Shown: piece after piece, positions 20,457 through 30,461 of the stretch | Layout of the letters: every line of letters starts with the position of its first letter | How positions within the stretch are numbered: position 1 is the first letter of the stretch | Assembly (NCBI GenBank): GCA_947311115.1 | Contig: CAMZKE010000007.1 | Location: 1-62,621, forward strand | Source: an uncultured Bacteroidales bacterium | Lineage (GTDB): Bacteria; Bacteroidota; Bacteroidia; Bacteroidales; JAFGXI01 | DNA: 62,621 nucleotides | Direction of reading: 5' to 3' | Translations under genes and position numbers: made by a program | The notes under the pieces: generated by a model | The model's input: the letters and a program-made list of their open reading frames with translations, nothing else | Told to the model about the DNA's origin: nothing | Databases searched by the model: none

Positions 20457-22937
20457 CTATTCTTTAACAATCTTTTTAATATAAAAAGTATTTCCAATTC
20501 GTAAATTTAGTATATATATACCTGTTTCAAAATCAGAAACATTAACTGATTTGTTATATATTCCGGTAAAGTTATTTTCTTTATCAGAAATATAAACTGT
20601 TTTTCCTGAAACATCTGAAATAGTAAAATTAATATTTGTTGGGTTGTTCAGCTCTGTACTAATATTTATAAAGTTTGAAACCGGATTAGGATAAACCGAT
20701 AATTCTACCTCATCATTATTTACTATAAGTATTGCTGTTGCAGTATCAACAGAAATACCTCCACCCGATGTTGTATCAACAAGAAAATCGAAATCGTTTT
20801 GTACAGTATCGCCTGAAGCGATATTTAAACCTGTATATGTTGATATTAAATTTAACCCGGGAATATCTACTTTAATATTATAACCAGAACCTTCATTTAA
20901 ACTATCTACCTCCCAATTTCCATCGCCATCAGAAACAGCATCAGCAATAGGTTCGTTGTTAGGGTCCTGTGCTATGTATATTTCGGCTCCGGTAACAGGT
21001 TCGCCAGCTAAATTAGTAGATTTTGCATTTGATGCATATCTAACAGTTCCTCTAAAAGTATAACTTCCTGCTAAGCTAGGTATTTCGTACATTTCAAAAT
21101 TTAAATCTAAGGTATCGCCACACCCAACATTTAGATAAGTTGCAGTTTCCCAATTTACGGTATTACCATAATATGAAGTAGCAACACCATTATAATTAGA
21201 ATTTTGCGCTACGCCACGCAATGTGTAATTATTTGGCTCTACATCGGTAAATATAAATGTACTTAAAGATGTAGTGTAATTATTTGCAACTTGTTCTAAA
21301 TAATATGCATTTTCTTGATTTTGAACATAAAGTTCCATGTTTATATCGTCTATATCGAACAACCCTCCCGAATACGAAACTGTACCTGTAATAACAGAGT
21401 TTGGAGCTTGAATAACATCAACTCCATCGGTTGCTGATGGGCCATTTACATTTTCTGTAACAGTTACCGCATAGTTACCTAACTGCCATACTGTAATACT
21501 TTGTGTTGTTGCTCCGGTATTCCAATTGTATGTATTTGCTGTTGGTGCAGTAATTGTAATAGTATCGCCGGCACATAGCTGAATATCCTCACCTAAATCG
21601 ATAAACATTAGCTCTTTTGCTCCCATATCGCACATTGGCTGATGTCTTTCTGTGTTTGTAATATCGGTAGGCACTTCTGTTATATATTCTGCAACATTAT
21701 CTAATGCTGTATTTGAGAAATAGATACCGGTTGTAAATTCAGGATTTTCTACAATAGAGTTTTGGTCGATATTTGTATTATTTGCTTGCCATTGTGCTAG
21801 AGTATATCTGCTATACCCATTAGTAAATGGTAAACTGTCGCCTGCATAATAGCAGTTGTAATTAACATTCTGTAATGAGGTGTAATCTTGAGCTTGTATC
21901 GCTGCATTATCAGAATAAAAAATATTATTTCTTATTTCAGGACTTTCTGTTGAACCTGATACATTTATTGCAGTACTTTTAAGACCTTTTACTATTATTG
22001 TGTTATGAAATATTTTACTTTGTGAATAATCTGCATTAATACCTATTGCTATACTGTCGTTGATAGTATTATCAATATCAATAAAATTATTTACAATATA
22101 TAATGAGTCTGTATACGTACTTGTAATTTTAACACCTTCGTATCTAACAGAATCAATACCATTATTTTTTATAGTATTATTTTTTACAATAGATACACTA
22201 CCAGATGAATTTGTTATAGAAGATAAATATATACCTACTGAATTTTCCCAAAGAGAAAGTGGATTATTAGTAGGTAAGTTGACTGTATTCATAGAAATAG
22301 TTAAATCATCAACATAACTAATATAAATAGGATAATGCTTTTGATTAGTAAAAGTACAATTGTTAATATTCAAATTATCGAATGGGTTGTTGTAATCGCA
22401 TTCAAATTTAACACCTGCATCGCCATTATTGAAAGAGCAATTAGATATTATTAGGTTATCTGACGGATTAAAACTACTTACTGTTTGAAAATACAATAAA
22501 TTATTTCCATCATTTTGACTTCCTGAGATATTACAATTATTGATATTTATGTCTGATATTGGTTCTTGAACACCTCCATCAAGATATATTGCTGCTTCCC
22601 CTTCACTTTCAATATTTAAGTTTGTAATAATAATATTTGAAGCTCCTATGTATATGGTATTTCCGGTTGTAGTAGAAATAGTTGCCATATTATTTACATC
22701 AGCACTTTGAATAGTTAAAGTATTTGTTGCTGTTGTAGGAAACGCCTCATTAATTTCAATACTTTGATTATAAGTTCCGGGAGCTAAATTAATTATTACC
22801 GATTGAGTAATACCTGTAATTTCTAAGTTCTGAATTGTATCCTGAATATTTTCAGAAGGTGTTAAATTAATGATTTGTTGGCTAAAACTAAAAGACATAG
22901 TTATTGCCAATAATAAAGTAAGTAGAGATTTTTTCAT
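20457..22937 (-). CDS. T9SS type A cargo protein with right-handed beta-helix and Ig-like/carboxypeptidase-regulatory-like domains
   Basis: Signal peptide, LAPGTYNQ and repeated I.NC.(F/I) beta-helix rungs, DMGAKE, YNWNTGATTQSITV, CTD LSVYPNPV...GIYIL..KKIVKE. Confidence 0.85.
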   Translation of the reverse strand: MKKSLLTLLLAITMSFSFSQQIINLTPSENIQDTIQNLEITGITQSVIINLAPGTYNQSIEINEAFPTTATNTLTIQSADVNNMATISTTTGNTIYIGASNIIITNLNIESEGEAAIYLDGGVQEPISDININNCNISGSQNDGNNLLYFQTVSSFNPSDNLIISNCSFNNGDAGVKFECDYNNPFDNLNINNCTFTNQKHYPIYISYVDDLTISMNTVNLPTNNPLSLWENSVGIYLSSITNSSGSVSIVKNNTIKNNGIDSVRYEGVKITSTYTDSLYIVNNFIDIDNTINDSIAIGINADYSQSKIFHNTIIVKGLKSTAINVSGSTESPEIRNNIFYSDNAAIQAQDYTSLQNVNYNCYYAGDSLPFTNGYSRYTLAQWQANNTNIDQNSIVENPEFTTGIYFSNTALDNVAEYITEVPTDITNTERHQPMCDMGAKELMFIDLGEDIQLCAGDTITITAPTANTYNWNTGATTQSITVWQLGNYAVTVTENVNGPSATDGVDVIQAPNSVITGTVSYSGGLFDIDDINMELYVQNQENAYYLEQVANNYTTSLSTFIFTDVEPNNYTLRGVAQNSNYNGVATSYYGNTVNWETATYLNVGCGDTLDLNFEMYEIPSLAGSYTFRGTVRYASNAKSTNLAGEPVTGAEIYIAQDPNNEPIADAVSDGDGNWEVDSLNEGSGYNIKVDIPGLNLISTYTGLNIASGDTVQNDFDFLVDTTSGGGISVDTATAILIVNNDEVELSVYPNPVSNFINISTELNNPTNINFTISDVSGKTVYISDKENNFTGIYNKSVNVSDFETGIYILNLRIGNTFYIKKIVKE

Positions 22938-22987
22938 TTTGTTTTTTGTTTAAATGTTTTTAAAAATATTGTTTTTACTTGATGTAT

Positions 22988-23014
22988 GACGTTGATAAAT
23001 AATAAAAAGTTGCA
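22988..23014 (-). promoter_or_regulatory. Putative ECF-sigma promoter TGCAAC-N18-GTC
   Basis: Minus strand TGCAAC-tttttattatttatcaac-GTC, about 50 bp upstream of ATG 22937. Confidence 0.5.
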
Positions 23015-23073
23015 TCAAAATCACATATCTCTATTATTACACAAAAATATGAATTTACCACTACAATACAAAG

Positions 23074-23301
23074 CTAAAACTTTTCAGTTTTTATAATTTT
23101 AACAGGGCATAAATCCATTGCTTCTATGTTTGTATCTAAATTATCGTCAGTGGTAATTAAAATAAAGAATTCTTTTTTTTGTTTTCCGCCAATAAGCGAT
23201 GCTTTGCCATCCTTATCGTCCATACGCCATGTTGCAGGCGATACCTCAACGCAATAATTACAACCTATACATTTTTCTCGTTGATGAATTACTCTTACCA
23301 T
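23074..23301 (-). CDS. Single-cluster ferredoxin
   Basis: CIGCNYC...P and distal CP motif, 75 aa. Confidence 0.85.
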   Translation of the reverse strand: MVRVIHQREKCIGCNYCVEVSPATWRMDDKDGKASLIGGKQKKEFFILITTDDNLDTNIEAMDLCPVKIIKTEKF

Positions 23302-23320
23302 TTTGCTTTATCACTATTTT

Positions 23321-23366
23321 AGACCTAACAGGTCTGTTTATTTATTTAATAAGACCTATTAGGTCT
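23321..23366. repeat. REP-like palindrome
   Basis: AGACCTAACAGGTCT / AGACCTATTAGGTCT arms (1 mismatch); related to 54981-55013. Confidence 0.75.
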
Positions 23367-24254
23367 TTAATTATTAACGATTATATAAAAATCGTTAAGT
23401 ATTAATTCTTTATTAAAACTATCTATTAGAGCAAGACTACCAAATTCTATTTTTGCATTTTTGGTGAAAGTTTTTTCTAATATTGGCAATATTTGCTTGA
23501 AAGAAAATTTTGGGCTGTAAGTATTTAAAATAATAACCCCATTACTAGTTAATATACTTTTACATACTCTTAATAAATGCTCTAAACCTTTATTTATTTT
23601 CCAATTTTTTCCTTTAGCACCAAAGCCATAAGTTGGAGGGTCAAGAATTATAAAATCGTATTTATTAGCTCGCTTTTCTTCTTTTTTCACAAAAAGATAT
23701 GCATCATCAATAATAAATCTGATATTATTTATGTGGTTAATTTCTGCATTATCTTTTGCGTGTTTTATTGCTGTTTTAGATGAATCGATATGTGTTACAT
23801 TAGCCCCTATTTTTGCTGCTATTACTGATATTGCCCCTGTATATGCAAATAAATTTAATACTTTAGTGTTTGCTTTTGCTTTGCTTGCAATAAACTCCCA
23901 ATTTACGGCTTGCTCAGGAAAAATTCCTATATGTTTAGAGTTTGATAATTGCAGTTTAAATCTTGAATCAATAATATCCAATTTGTAATTTATAAACCAT
24001 TCGGGTAGGTTTTCTATATTCCATTTGCCTCCGTCAACAGTTTTGCTTTTGTAAATATAATTAGCTTTTTGTTGCCAAAAGCTTAGCTTTTTGGTTAAAT
24101 TATTTGTTGCATTTGTTTCAGGGCGAATTGTAACAATATTATTAAATTGTTCAACTTTTACACCATTACCAAAATCGAGTAAGCTGTATTGTTTCCAATA
24201 TTTAGGAGTTTTTATTTTCAATTTTAGTATTATTTTTTGCTTTAAGCTGTACAA
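23367..24254 (-). CDS. Class I SAM-dependent methyltransferase (RlmI/RlmK-like; probable start TTG 24221)
   Basis: YSLLDFGNG.K.EQF, KHIGIFPEQAVNW, VLNLFAYTG, ILDPPTYG. Confidence 0.85.
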   Translation of the reverse strand: MYSLKQKIILKLKIKTPKYWKQYSLLDFGNGVKVEQFNNIVTIRPETNATNNLTKKLSFWQQKANYIYKSKTVDGGKWNIENLPEWFINYKLDIIDSRFKLQLSNSKHIGIFPEQAVNWEFIASKAKANTKVLNLFAYTGAISVIAAKIGANVTHIDSSKTAIKHAKDNAEINHINNIRFIIDDAYLFVKKEEKRANKYDFIILDPPTYGFGAKGKNWKINKGLEHLLRVCKSILTSNGVIILNTYSPKFSFKQILPILEKTFTKNAKIEFGSLALIDSFNKELILNDFYIIVNN

Positions 24255-24399
24255 GGATAATAACAGAGAAAAAGAAAAACCCTATAGCCGTTCCATAAAT
24301 CTCAACATAAGCTAACGCAATACTAAATATAAATGAGATAATACTTATAATGGTATAAAGAGTTTTGTACTTTTGTACCTTTTCTACACTTTCTGTCAT
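24202..24399 (-). CDS. Small two-TM hypothetical membrane protein
   Basis: 65 aa, two hydrophobic helices, tightly packed between queE and the methyltransferase. Confidence 0.6.
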   Translation of the reverse strand: MTESVEKVQKYKTLYTIISIISFIFSIALAYVEIYGTAIGFFFFSVIILVQLKAKNNTKIENKNS

Positions 24400-24409
24400 T
24401 TTATAAAAT

Positions 24410-25039
24410 TTAAGGTATTTTCATAAATTTATGAGCTTGTAACGAAATTCTCCATTTAGGATTTTCTTTTACAAAATCGACAACAAACGGAATAATTTTA
24501 TTGAACATACTCCATTCAGGTTGCAGATACAAAAGACAATTATTGTTTACAAGTTTTGCTTGCAAAATTGCCCATTGCAAATCTTCTTCTTTTTCTATTA
24601 TAACTTTAATTTCGTTAGCTATAGGGTAAAATTCTTTTAATGGTTTATTATGTTGTTTTGGCGATAAGCATATCCAATCCCATTCACCTGTTAGTTTATA
24701 AACTCCTGATGTTTCAATATGAGTACGCACTCCATTTTTTCGCACATTACTTGTTAAATAATCAAGATTGTATGTTGTTGGCTCGCCACCTGTTACAACT
24801 ATTGTTTTAGCAGGATAGTTTTTAGCTTTTGTTATAATTTCATTAATATCAGTAAGTTTATGAATTTTAGGATTCCACGAAAATTTTGTATCGCACCATT
24901 TACAACCGATATCGCAACCACCAACACGTATAAAATATGCTGCAAATCCTGTATAATGACCTTCACCTTGTATAGTGTAAAAATCTTCTAATAATGGTAG
25001 CTTTTTGCCTCCCTCAAATATATCTTCTTCTTTTTTCAA
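24410..25039 (-). CDS. queE: 7-carboxy-7-deazaguanine synthase (radical SAM)
   Basis: FYTIQGEG..TG, GCDIGCKWCDT (CxxxCxxC), VTGGEP, IETSG, LSPK, LQPEW, SLQAHK. Confidence 0.92.
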   Translation of the reverse strand: MKKEEDIFEGGKKLPLLEDFYTIQGEGHYTGFAAYFIRVGGCDIGCKWCDTKFSWNPKIHKLTDINEIITKAKNYPAKTIVVTGGEPTTYNLDYLTSNVRKNGVRTHIETSGVYKLTGEWDWICLSPKQHNKPLKEFYPIANEIKVIIEKEEDLQWAILQAKLVNNNCLLYLQPEWSMFNKIIPFVVDFVKENPKWRISLQAHKFMKIP

Positions 25040-25134
25040 GCTGTATTATTTTGTGCAAAAGTAACAAAAAAAGATTAGGAATTACCAATTAAAAATTATG
25101 AATAAAATCTCTAATAATAAACTTTATGCCTTTG

Positions 25135-25722
25135 TTAAAAATATAATCTTTCTAACGCAAGAATAAAAGCAACACCAAAGCCCATTCCGGAAATAAATAA
25201 ATTCCATTCGCGTTGGCTTACTTTTAATTTGTTTAAAAATAATAGTGAGATAATTAATATTACGGCAACAACAATAAATTGCCCCGATTCTATACCTAAA
25301 TTAAATGCAAAAAGAGGCATAATCATATCGTCGGATGCCGACAACATACTTTTTAAATAGCTTGAAAATCCAAGACCATGAATTAATCCAAACACAACAG
25401 AAATAGCATATTTTGTGTAGTATAATTTTGTATTTATTACTGATGTAGTTTTTGTTACAATATTAGAAATAGCAGTAATAATAATAGTTACAGGTATTAA
25501 AAACTCAACTAAAGCAGGATTTACGTTTATAATATTAAGAGTTGACAAAACTAATGTTGTGGCGTGTCCAATAGTAAAAGCAGTAACTAAAACTAAAATT
25601 TGTCGCCATTGTTTAATATAATATACGGAAATTAAAGTAGTGATAAACAGAATATGGTCGTAACTCTCAAAATCGAGTATATGATTTATTCCAAGTTGAA
25701 AATATAGATTAAAAAGCGACAT
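25135..25722 (-). CDS. HupE/UreJ family membrane protein
   Basis: LG..HI....YDHILF, VTAFTIGH..TL, FGLIHGLGF, FNLGIE.GQ. Confidence 0.9.
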   Translation of the reverse strand: MSLFNLYFQLGINHILDFESYDHILFITTLISVYYIKQWRQILVLVTAFTIGHATTLVLSTLNIINVNPALVEFLIPVTIIITAISNIVTKTTSVINTKLYYTKYAISVVFGLIHGLGFSSYLKSMLSASDDMIMPLFAFNLGIESGQFIVVAVILIISLLFLNKLKVSQREWNLFISGMGFGVAFILALERLYF

Positions 25723-25730
25723 ATTATAAA

Positions 25731-27152
25731 TTATTTTTCATTCTCTAATTGTAAAATATAATCTTTAGCTTGTTCTTCGCTAATACGTTTAGCAATAATT
25801 TTAAAATCTTTATCTAAAATATAAATTACAGGAGTTGAAAATATATCGTAATAATAATGGAAGTAAGTATTTTTATTTTTATCGTAAACATTTATCCAAT
25901 CAGTAATTTGTTTATCTTCAATAAATTTACGCCATTTATCTATATCATGGCTTTCTAAAACAGCAAAAACCTCCACATCAATTTTTTTAGATTTCATTTC
26001 TTTATAATATTCATGTAATTTTGGAACGCTTTTTTTACAATGCCCGCATGTTGGCGACCAGAATATAAGTATTTTATACTTATTTCTAAGTTTACTTAGC
26101 GAAATATTTTCACCCTTGTAAGTTTCCACATTTCTTATATCGGGAGCATAATTACCAATAAGATTTGGCTCCGTTTTTTTCATTTTATCAATAACTTTAG
26201 CCTTATATGCCGAGTCTGCCCAAGTAGCCTCGCCGGTAGCATAATATTTTTTTGCAATTTCAACAAAAACCTTGTCCATACCCATTAGTTTAGCTTTTTC
26301 GTTATATACCAACGAGTAGTTAATTAAATAACTAAATACATCTTTGTTGCCTCTCGACTTTTCTATGTATTTAATGCACTCTTTTGTAACGCTATCAGGG
26401 TTTTGCGACACTACTTTAGAAATGTAATTTTCAAACTTTTGAATAAAAAAAGGTGTACGAACTATAGCACTATCTTGAAAATTTACATAATCGAAATAAT
26501 GATTTTTATAATAAAAATATTCCTTAGCTTTTAAAATAGAGTCTTTATTTACTGTTGTTTTAGGAATATTAAATTCTGGTATTTTAGGCTCTAATAACAA
26601 CCCTATTATACTTTTAAATGTGCTGTTTTTGGCATTATTATAATTATTTAAAATTATTTCTCTTCGTTGAGTTTCAAGCTGTGTTGCTTTTACTTGCAGT
26701 TCTTTTTTTTCTTTGGCAGATAAATCTTTTTGTTTAAACTTTTTGGTTAGTTCCATAAACTCGTTATTTACACCTTCAATAGATTTATCAAAGTTTCTAA
26801 ATTCGGTATTAACTTCAGAGCCTTTAAATTTTAGATTTTTTCTAAAAAACTCGGTAGTGTCGGTTGTTAACGAAAATTTTTGGTCGTTATCAACAAGTAT
26901 GTCAAAAAAGTTGTTTTCTTTTGGAAAAAGAATAAAATACATACCTGTAGATAACGCCTTATTCCCTTTAAAAACACCTTGATTATTAGATAAAACGACA
27001 GTATCTTTCACGTATTTTTTATCACCAAAGTGATAGCCCAAGATTGCAATAGAATCGTTTACCCCTAACACTTTAAATTTAATATTGTATGATTGTGTAA
27101 ATCCAAAATTTACAAATAAAAAAAGTGTAAAAACTAAATATATATTTTTCAT
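25731..27152 (-). CDS. TlpA/redoxin-like disulfide reductase with N-terminal DUF4369/DUF5106-like domains
   Basis: Signal peptide; C-terminal IG..AP, FWSPTCGHCKK, YDIFSTPVIYILD. Confidence 0.8.
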   Translation of the reverse strand: MKNIYLVFTLFLFVNFGFTQSYNIKFKVLGVNDSIAILGYHFGDKKYVKDTVVLSNNQGVFKGNKALSTGMYFILFPKENNFFDILVDNDQKFSLTTDTTEFFRKNLKFKGSEVNTEFRNFDKSIEGVNNEFMELTKKFKQKDLSAKEKKELQVKATQLETQRREIILNNYNNAKNSTFKSIIGLLLEPKIPEFNIPKTTVNKDSILKAKEYFYYKNHYFDYVNFQDSAIVRTPFFIQKFENYISKVVSQNPDSVTKECIKYIEKSRGNKDVFSYLINYSLVYNEKAKLMGMDKVFVEIAKKYYATGEATWADSAYKAKVIDKMKKTEPNLIGNYAPDIRNVETYKGENISLSKLRNKYKILIFWSPTCGHCKKSVPKLHEYYKEMKSKKIDVEVFAVLESHDIDKWRKFIEDKQITDWINVYDKNKNTYFHYYYDIFSTPVIYILDKDFKIIAKRISEEQAKDYILQLENEK

Positions 27153-27154
27153 CT

Positions 27155-28048
27155 TTATAAATTTATTAATTCAATATTATTGGCACGTGTGTGTTTCCAG
27201 CGTTTGTGTGACCAAAGCCAAAACTCCGGTTTTTCCTTTATCACATTTTCAAGATGCTTTACGTGCTTTTTTGTTATTTCGTATTCTTTGGTATCTTTTG
27301 TATTCTCGAAAAGCAATGTAAACTTAGCCTTATACTGTCCTCTGCCGGTACGGTACACATCAAGATAAACTATTGCATAATCTAATTTTTTTGCTAATTT
27401 TTCAGGACCTAAAAAAAATGCTGTTTCTTGATTTAGAAATTTAGTCCAAAATTTTGTTTCCGGTGGCGGAGCTTGGTCGGCAGCAAACCAAACAATGTTT
27501 GGAGTGTTTTCTTTTTGTAATGTTAACATTCGCTTAAAAGCTTTTTCCATTGATACGGTTTCTAAGCCAAATTTCTCACGTAATCCTCGTAGAAAAACAT
27601 CGAAATTTCCGTTTGATAAAGATTTATAAAGAGCTAAAAATTTATAATTTACAATATTACCAAAAAAAGTAAACCATTCCCAATTTCCGTAATGTGCAGA
27701 TATTAGCATAATATTTTTGTCCTTTTTTTTCAATTCATCAAAAATTTCAATATTCTCGTAAGTCCAATGTTTTTCTATTTCTTTGCGAGAAATATGAATA
27801 AGTTTAAAAGCTTCTAAAAAAATATCGACAAGATTTTTATAAAAAATTTTTTCAATTTGTTTTAATTCTTTTTCAAATTTTTCGGGAAATGCTTTTTTTA
27901 GATTGGTAGAAACAACCTCTCTTCTGTATCCGATAAGGTAATAAATTATAAAATATAAAAAGTCGGATAAAAGATAATAACAGCAAAAAGGCAATAAAGT
28001 TACAATCCAAATAAAGACATAAAATATTTTAAAGCCAATTTTGTTCAT
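27155..28048 (-). CDS. Lipid A lauroyl/myristoyl acyltransferase family (LpxL-like)
   Basis: YRREVV..NL..AFPE, AHYGNWEW, ADQ.P, FLNQET, PEFWLWSHKRWK. Confidence 0.9.
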   Translation of the reverse strand: MNKIGFKIFYVFIWIVTLLPFCCYYLLSDFLYFIIYYLIGYRREVVSTNLKKAFPEKFEKELKQIEKIFYKNLVDIFLEAFKLIHISRKEIEKHWTYENIEIFDELKKKDKNIMLISAHYGNWEWFTFFGNIVNYKFLALYKSLSNGNFDVFLRGLREKFGLETVSMEKAFKRMLTLQKENTPNIVWFAADQAPPPETKFWTKFLNQETAFFLGPEKLAKKLDYAIVYLDVYRTGRGQYKAKFTLLFENTKDTKEYEITKKHVKHLENVIKEKPEFWLWSHKRWKHTRANNIELINL

Positions 28049-28074
28049 ACTCGCAAAGTTAATATTTGATAATG

Positions 28075-29268
28075 TTAAACACTAACTTTTTTAACAAGTT
28101 TTTTTACTAATAAACTTGCAATTCCTAAATATGCGAATAATAATATCCAAATATGTAACCAATTATAGAAAACATCGTTAAATGTTGCACCTCTTTGAGT
28201 AAGAGCTAAAAAACCTTTAATTGCAGGGGTGCTTGGTATTATTTGAGATAGCCACACTTGCCACTGAGGCATAGCTTGTGTTGGCCACGAAAAACCTGTT
28301 AAAAATATAAACGGAATACTTGTAAAAAGTAGTATCATTAATGCCTGTTCACGTTTTTTAAAGAAAGCAGAAATTGTTATTCCCATATATATAACTGCAA
28401 ACAAAAAAGGTGTTAAAAACACAAACATTTCGAAATAGTTACCTCGCATTGGGAAACTAAAAAGCCGAAAAACAATTACAAAAACATATAGTGCATTAAA
28501 TAAATATACAGTATAATATGCAATACTTTTACCTATTACTATGGATAATGAACCACCAATTTCAAGTCCGATAGGCAGCAAAAAATGGTCTTTTTCCCTT
28601 TCTTTTGTTGTACCACCAATTAAGCCAATACCAAGTAAAAGTGTTTGTTGCAATATTAACAAAAGTACTGCCGGCATTACATAACTTGCATAACCTCCTT
28701 TCGGGTTATAAAGTGCGTAAGTTTCAATAGGAAGTGGGTCTCTGTTATCAAAAGCTTGTTTTAATTGTTCTTTTTTTGAAATTCTACGTTGTATTTCTAT
28801 GCCTGCCGAAAGCGTACCAATAGTATAATTTGCAGCAGTCATAATTTGTTTATAAATAATCATGTAAGAAGCATCAGCATATACTGTAACAACAGCTGTT
28901 TCCGATTTATATATTTTTTTATTAAAATCTGCCGGAATAACAACTACACCATAAATTTCAGATTTTTTAAACATTTCTTTTGCTTGGTTAAAATCAGGTG
29001 TTTTTATTATTACATTTACCTCATCAGATGCATCTAGCATTGAAATTAATTTACGACTTAAATCGCTATCGTTTTCATCTACAACAGCAATAGGTACATC
29101 TTTTGCCAACTCATTATTGTAGGCAAGCGAATATATTATTGGATATACAACTACTGCAATTATAAACAATGTTACTACACCTGCATCACGAAATATAGTT
29201 TTGTATTCGTTTAACCAAACATCGATAATGTTATTAAAGAAATTATATGTTGTTTTTTTATCTTTCAA
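28075..29268 (-). CDS. ABC-2 type transporter permease
   Basis: VPIAVVD...S.LSR, LYNP.GGYASY..PAVLLLILQQ, GFSWP. Confidence 0.9.
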   Translation of the reverse strand: MKDKKTTYNFFNNIIDVWLNEYKTIFRDAGVVTLFIIAVVVYPIIYSLAYNNELAKDVPIAVVDENDSDLSRKLISMLDASDEVNVIIKTPDFNQAKEMFKKSEIYGVVVIPADFNKKIYKSETAVVTVYADASYMIIYKQIMTAANYTIGTLSAGIEIQRRISKKEQLKQAFDNRDPLPIETYALYNPKGGYASYVMPAVLLLILQQTLLLGIGLIGGTTKEREKDHFLLPIGLEIGGSLSIVIGKSIAYYTVYLFNALYVFVIVFRLFSFPMRGNYFEMFVFLTPFLFAVIYMGITISAFFKKREQALMILLFTSIPFIFLTGFSWPTQAMPQWQVWLSQIIPSTPAIKGFLALTQRGATFNDVFYNWLHIWILLFAYLGIASLLVKKLVKKVSV

Positions 29269-29274
29269 TTTTTT

Positions 29275-30447
29275 TTACGATTTACCCCAATATTTTTCTT
29301 TTGTTATTAATGCTTTCATTCTTGGTATAAGCAAAAATGGAAGAGCTATAAATATACTAAGTATTAAAAACGATGAAACAGAATAGTATAAATCTAAACC
29401 TTTCATAGCCTCGTTAATATATATTTTTAAGTAATGTGTGTACGGAAATATTTGCGAAAAAGCTTGCATATAATTAACCATTGCAATTGCCGGAAATGTT
29501 AATCCTGCAAAAGAAAAAGCCAACGATGCGTATGCAGCCCCCAAGCTTAATGCTAAGCGTACATTTGGCAAAACAGTAATTAACACTACTCCCATCGCCA
29601 TATATGCATAAACAAAAAATACAGTTGCTATAAAAATTATAAAAATATTTCCATTTTGTGGAGCTCCAACAATTTTAAATAAAATTGTATTCATAAAAAA
29701 TGCTTCAATAATAAAAACTATTGAATAAGGAAGTAGCTTTCCGGTAAGTGCAACAATTACGCTGTTGCTCGATATTTTGTACCACTGGTTTGCTGTATGA
29801 TATTTAAGTTCGCTACCAATAACGTAAATTGTTGTTGACAAAATAAACATTAGTAACATAACCGGCAGCAAACCTGTTACAAGATAATATGAGTAATTAA
29901 TATAAGGATTATAAAGGGCGTGCGATTCAATACGTATTGGCTGTATATTATTAAATGCTTGTGCAAGCATTTCTTTGTCTTTTGACATACGCTTTTGCAT
30001 GTTAATACCTGCCGACATTGTTTTAATTGTTTTTATTATTGATACGCTAACACCGCTTCCTGCACTTAAATTCATATTTGAAAAAAACAATACTATTTTT
30101 TTGGGATTACCCGAATATACTGCATTTTCTAATCCTTTAGGTATTTTTAACACCCCTACAACATCGCCTTTTTCAATTAAATGTTTACCTTCTTGTAATG
30201 ATGTTACTTGTTTTGTAAACTCCACCTCCGGAGTGGCTTCTATCCAAGAAATAATTTGTCGTGAGAGTGATGAATTATCAGCATCGTAAATTGCAACAGG
30301 GTAGCCATCGGCTTTACCTTGACTAAACATTGTGGTAAAAAGCAAAAATGTAAATAACGGAAGTATAAATAATAACCAAAGGTAAATTGTCTCTGATTTT
30401 ATTCGTTTAAGCTCACGATATATTACTGCTTTTAAGCCTGTTGTCAT
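29275..30447 (-). CDS. ABC-2 type transporter permease
   Basis: PVAIYDADNSSLSRQ, LYNPY.NYSYYL, GSELK, GKLLPY, GLTFP. Confidence 0.9.
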   Translation of the reverse strand: MTTGLKAVIYRELKRIKSETIYLWLLFILPLFTFLLFTTMFSQGKADGYPVAIYDADNSSLSRQIISWIEATPEVEFTKQVTSLQEGKHLIEKGDVVGVLKIPKGLENAVYSGNPKKIVLFFSNMNLSAGSGVSVSIIKTIKTMSAGINMQKRMSKDKEMLAQAFNNIQPIRIESHALYNPYINYSYYLVTGLLPVMLLMFILSTTIYVIGSELKYHTANQWYKISSNSVIVALTGKLLPYSIVFIIEAFFMNTILFKIVGAPQNGNIFIIFIATVFFVYAYMAMGVVLITVLPNVRLALSLGAAYASLAFSFAGLTFPAIAMVNYMQAFSQIFPYTHYLKIYINEAMKGLDLYYSVSSFLILSIFIALPFLLIPRMKALITKEKYWGKS

Positions 30448-30461
30448 TTTTTATAGCTTAA

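Noticed and set aside
24410-25039. queE as part of a 7-deazaguanine DNA-modification (dpd) island
   Set aside because: No dpdA/tgt-like, queC, queD or folE neighbours; context fits ordinary queuosine synthesis.
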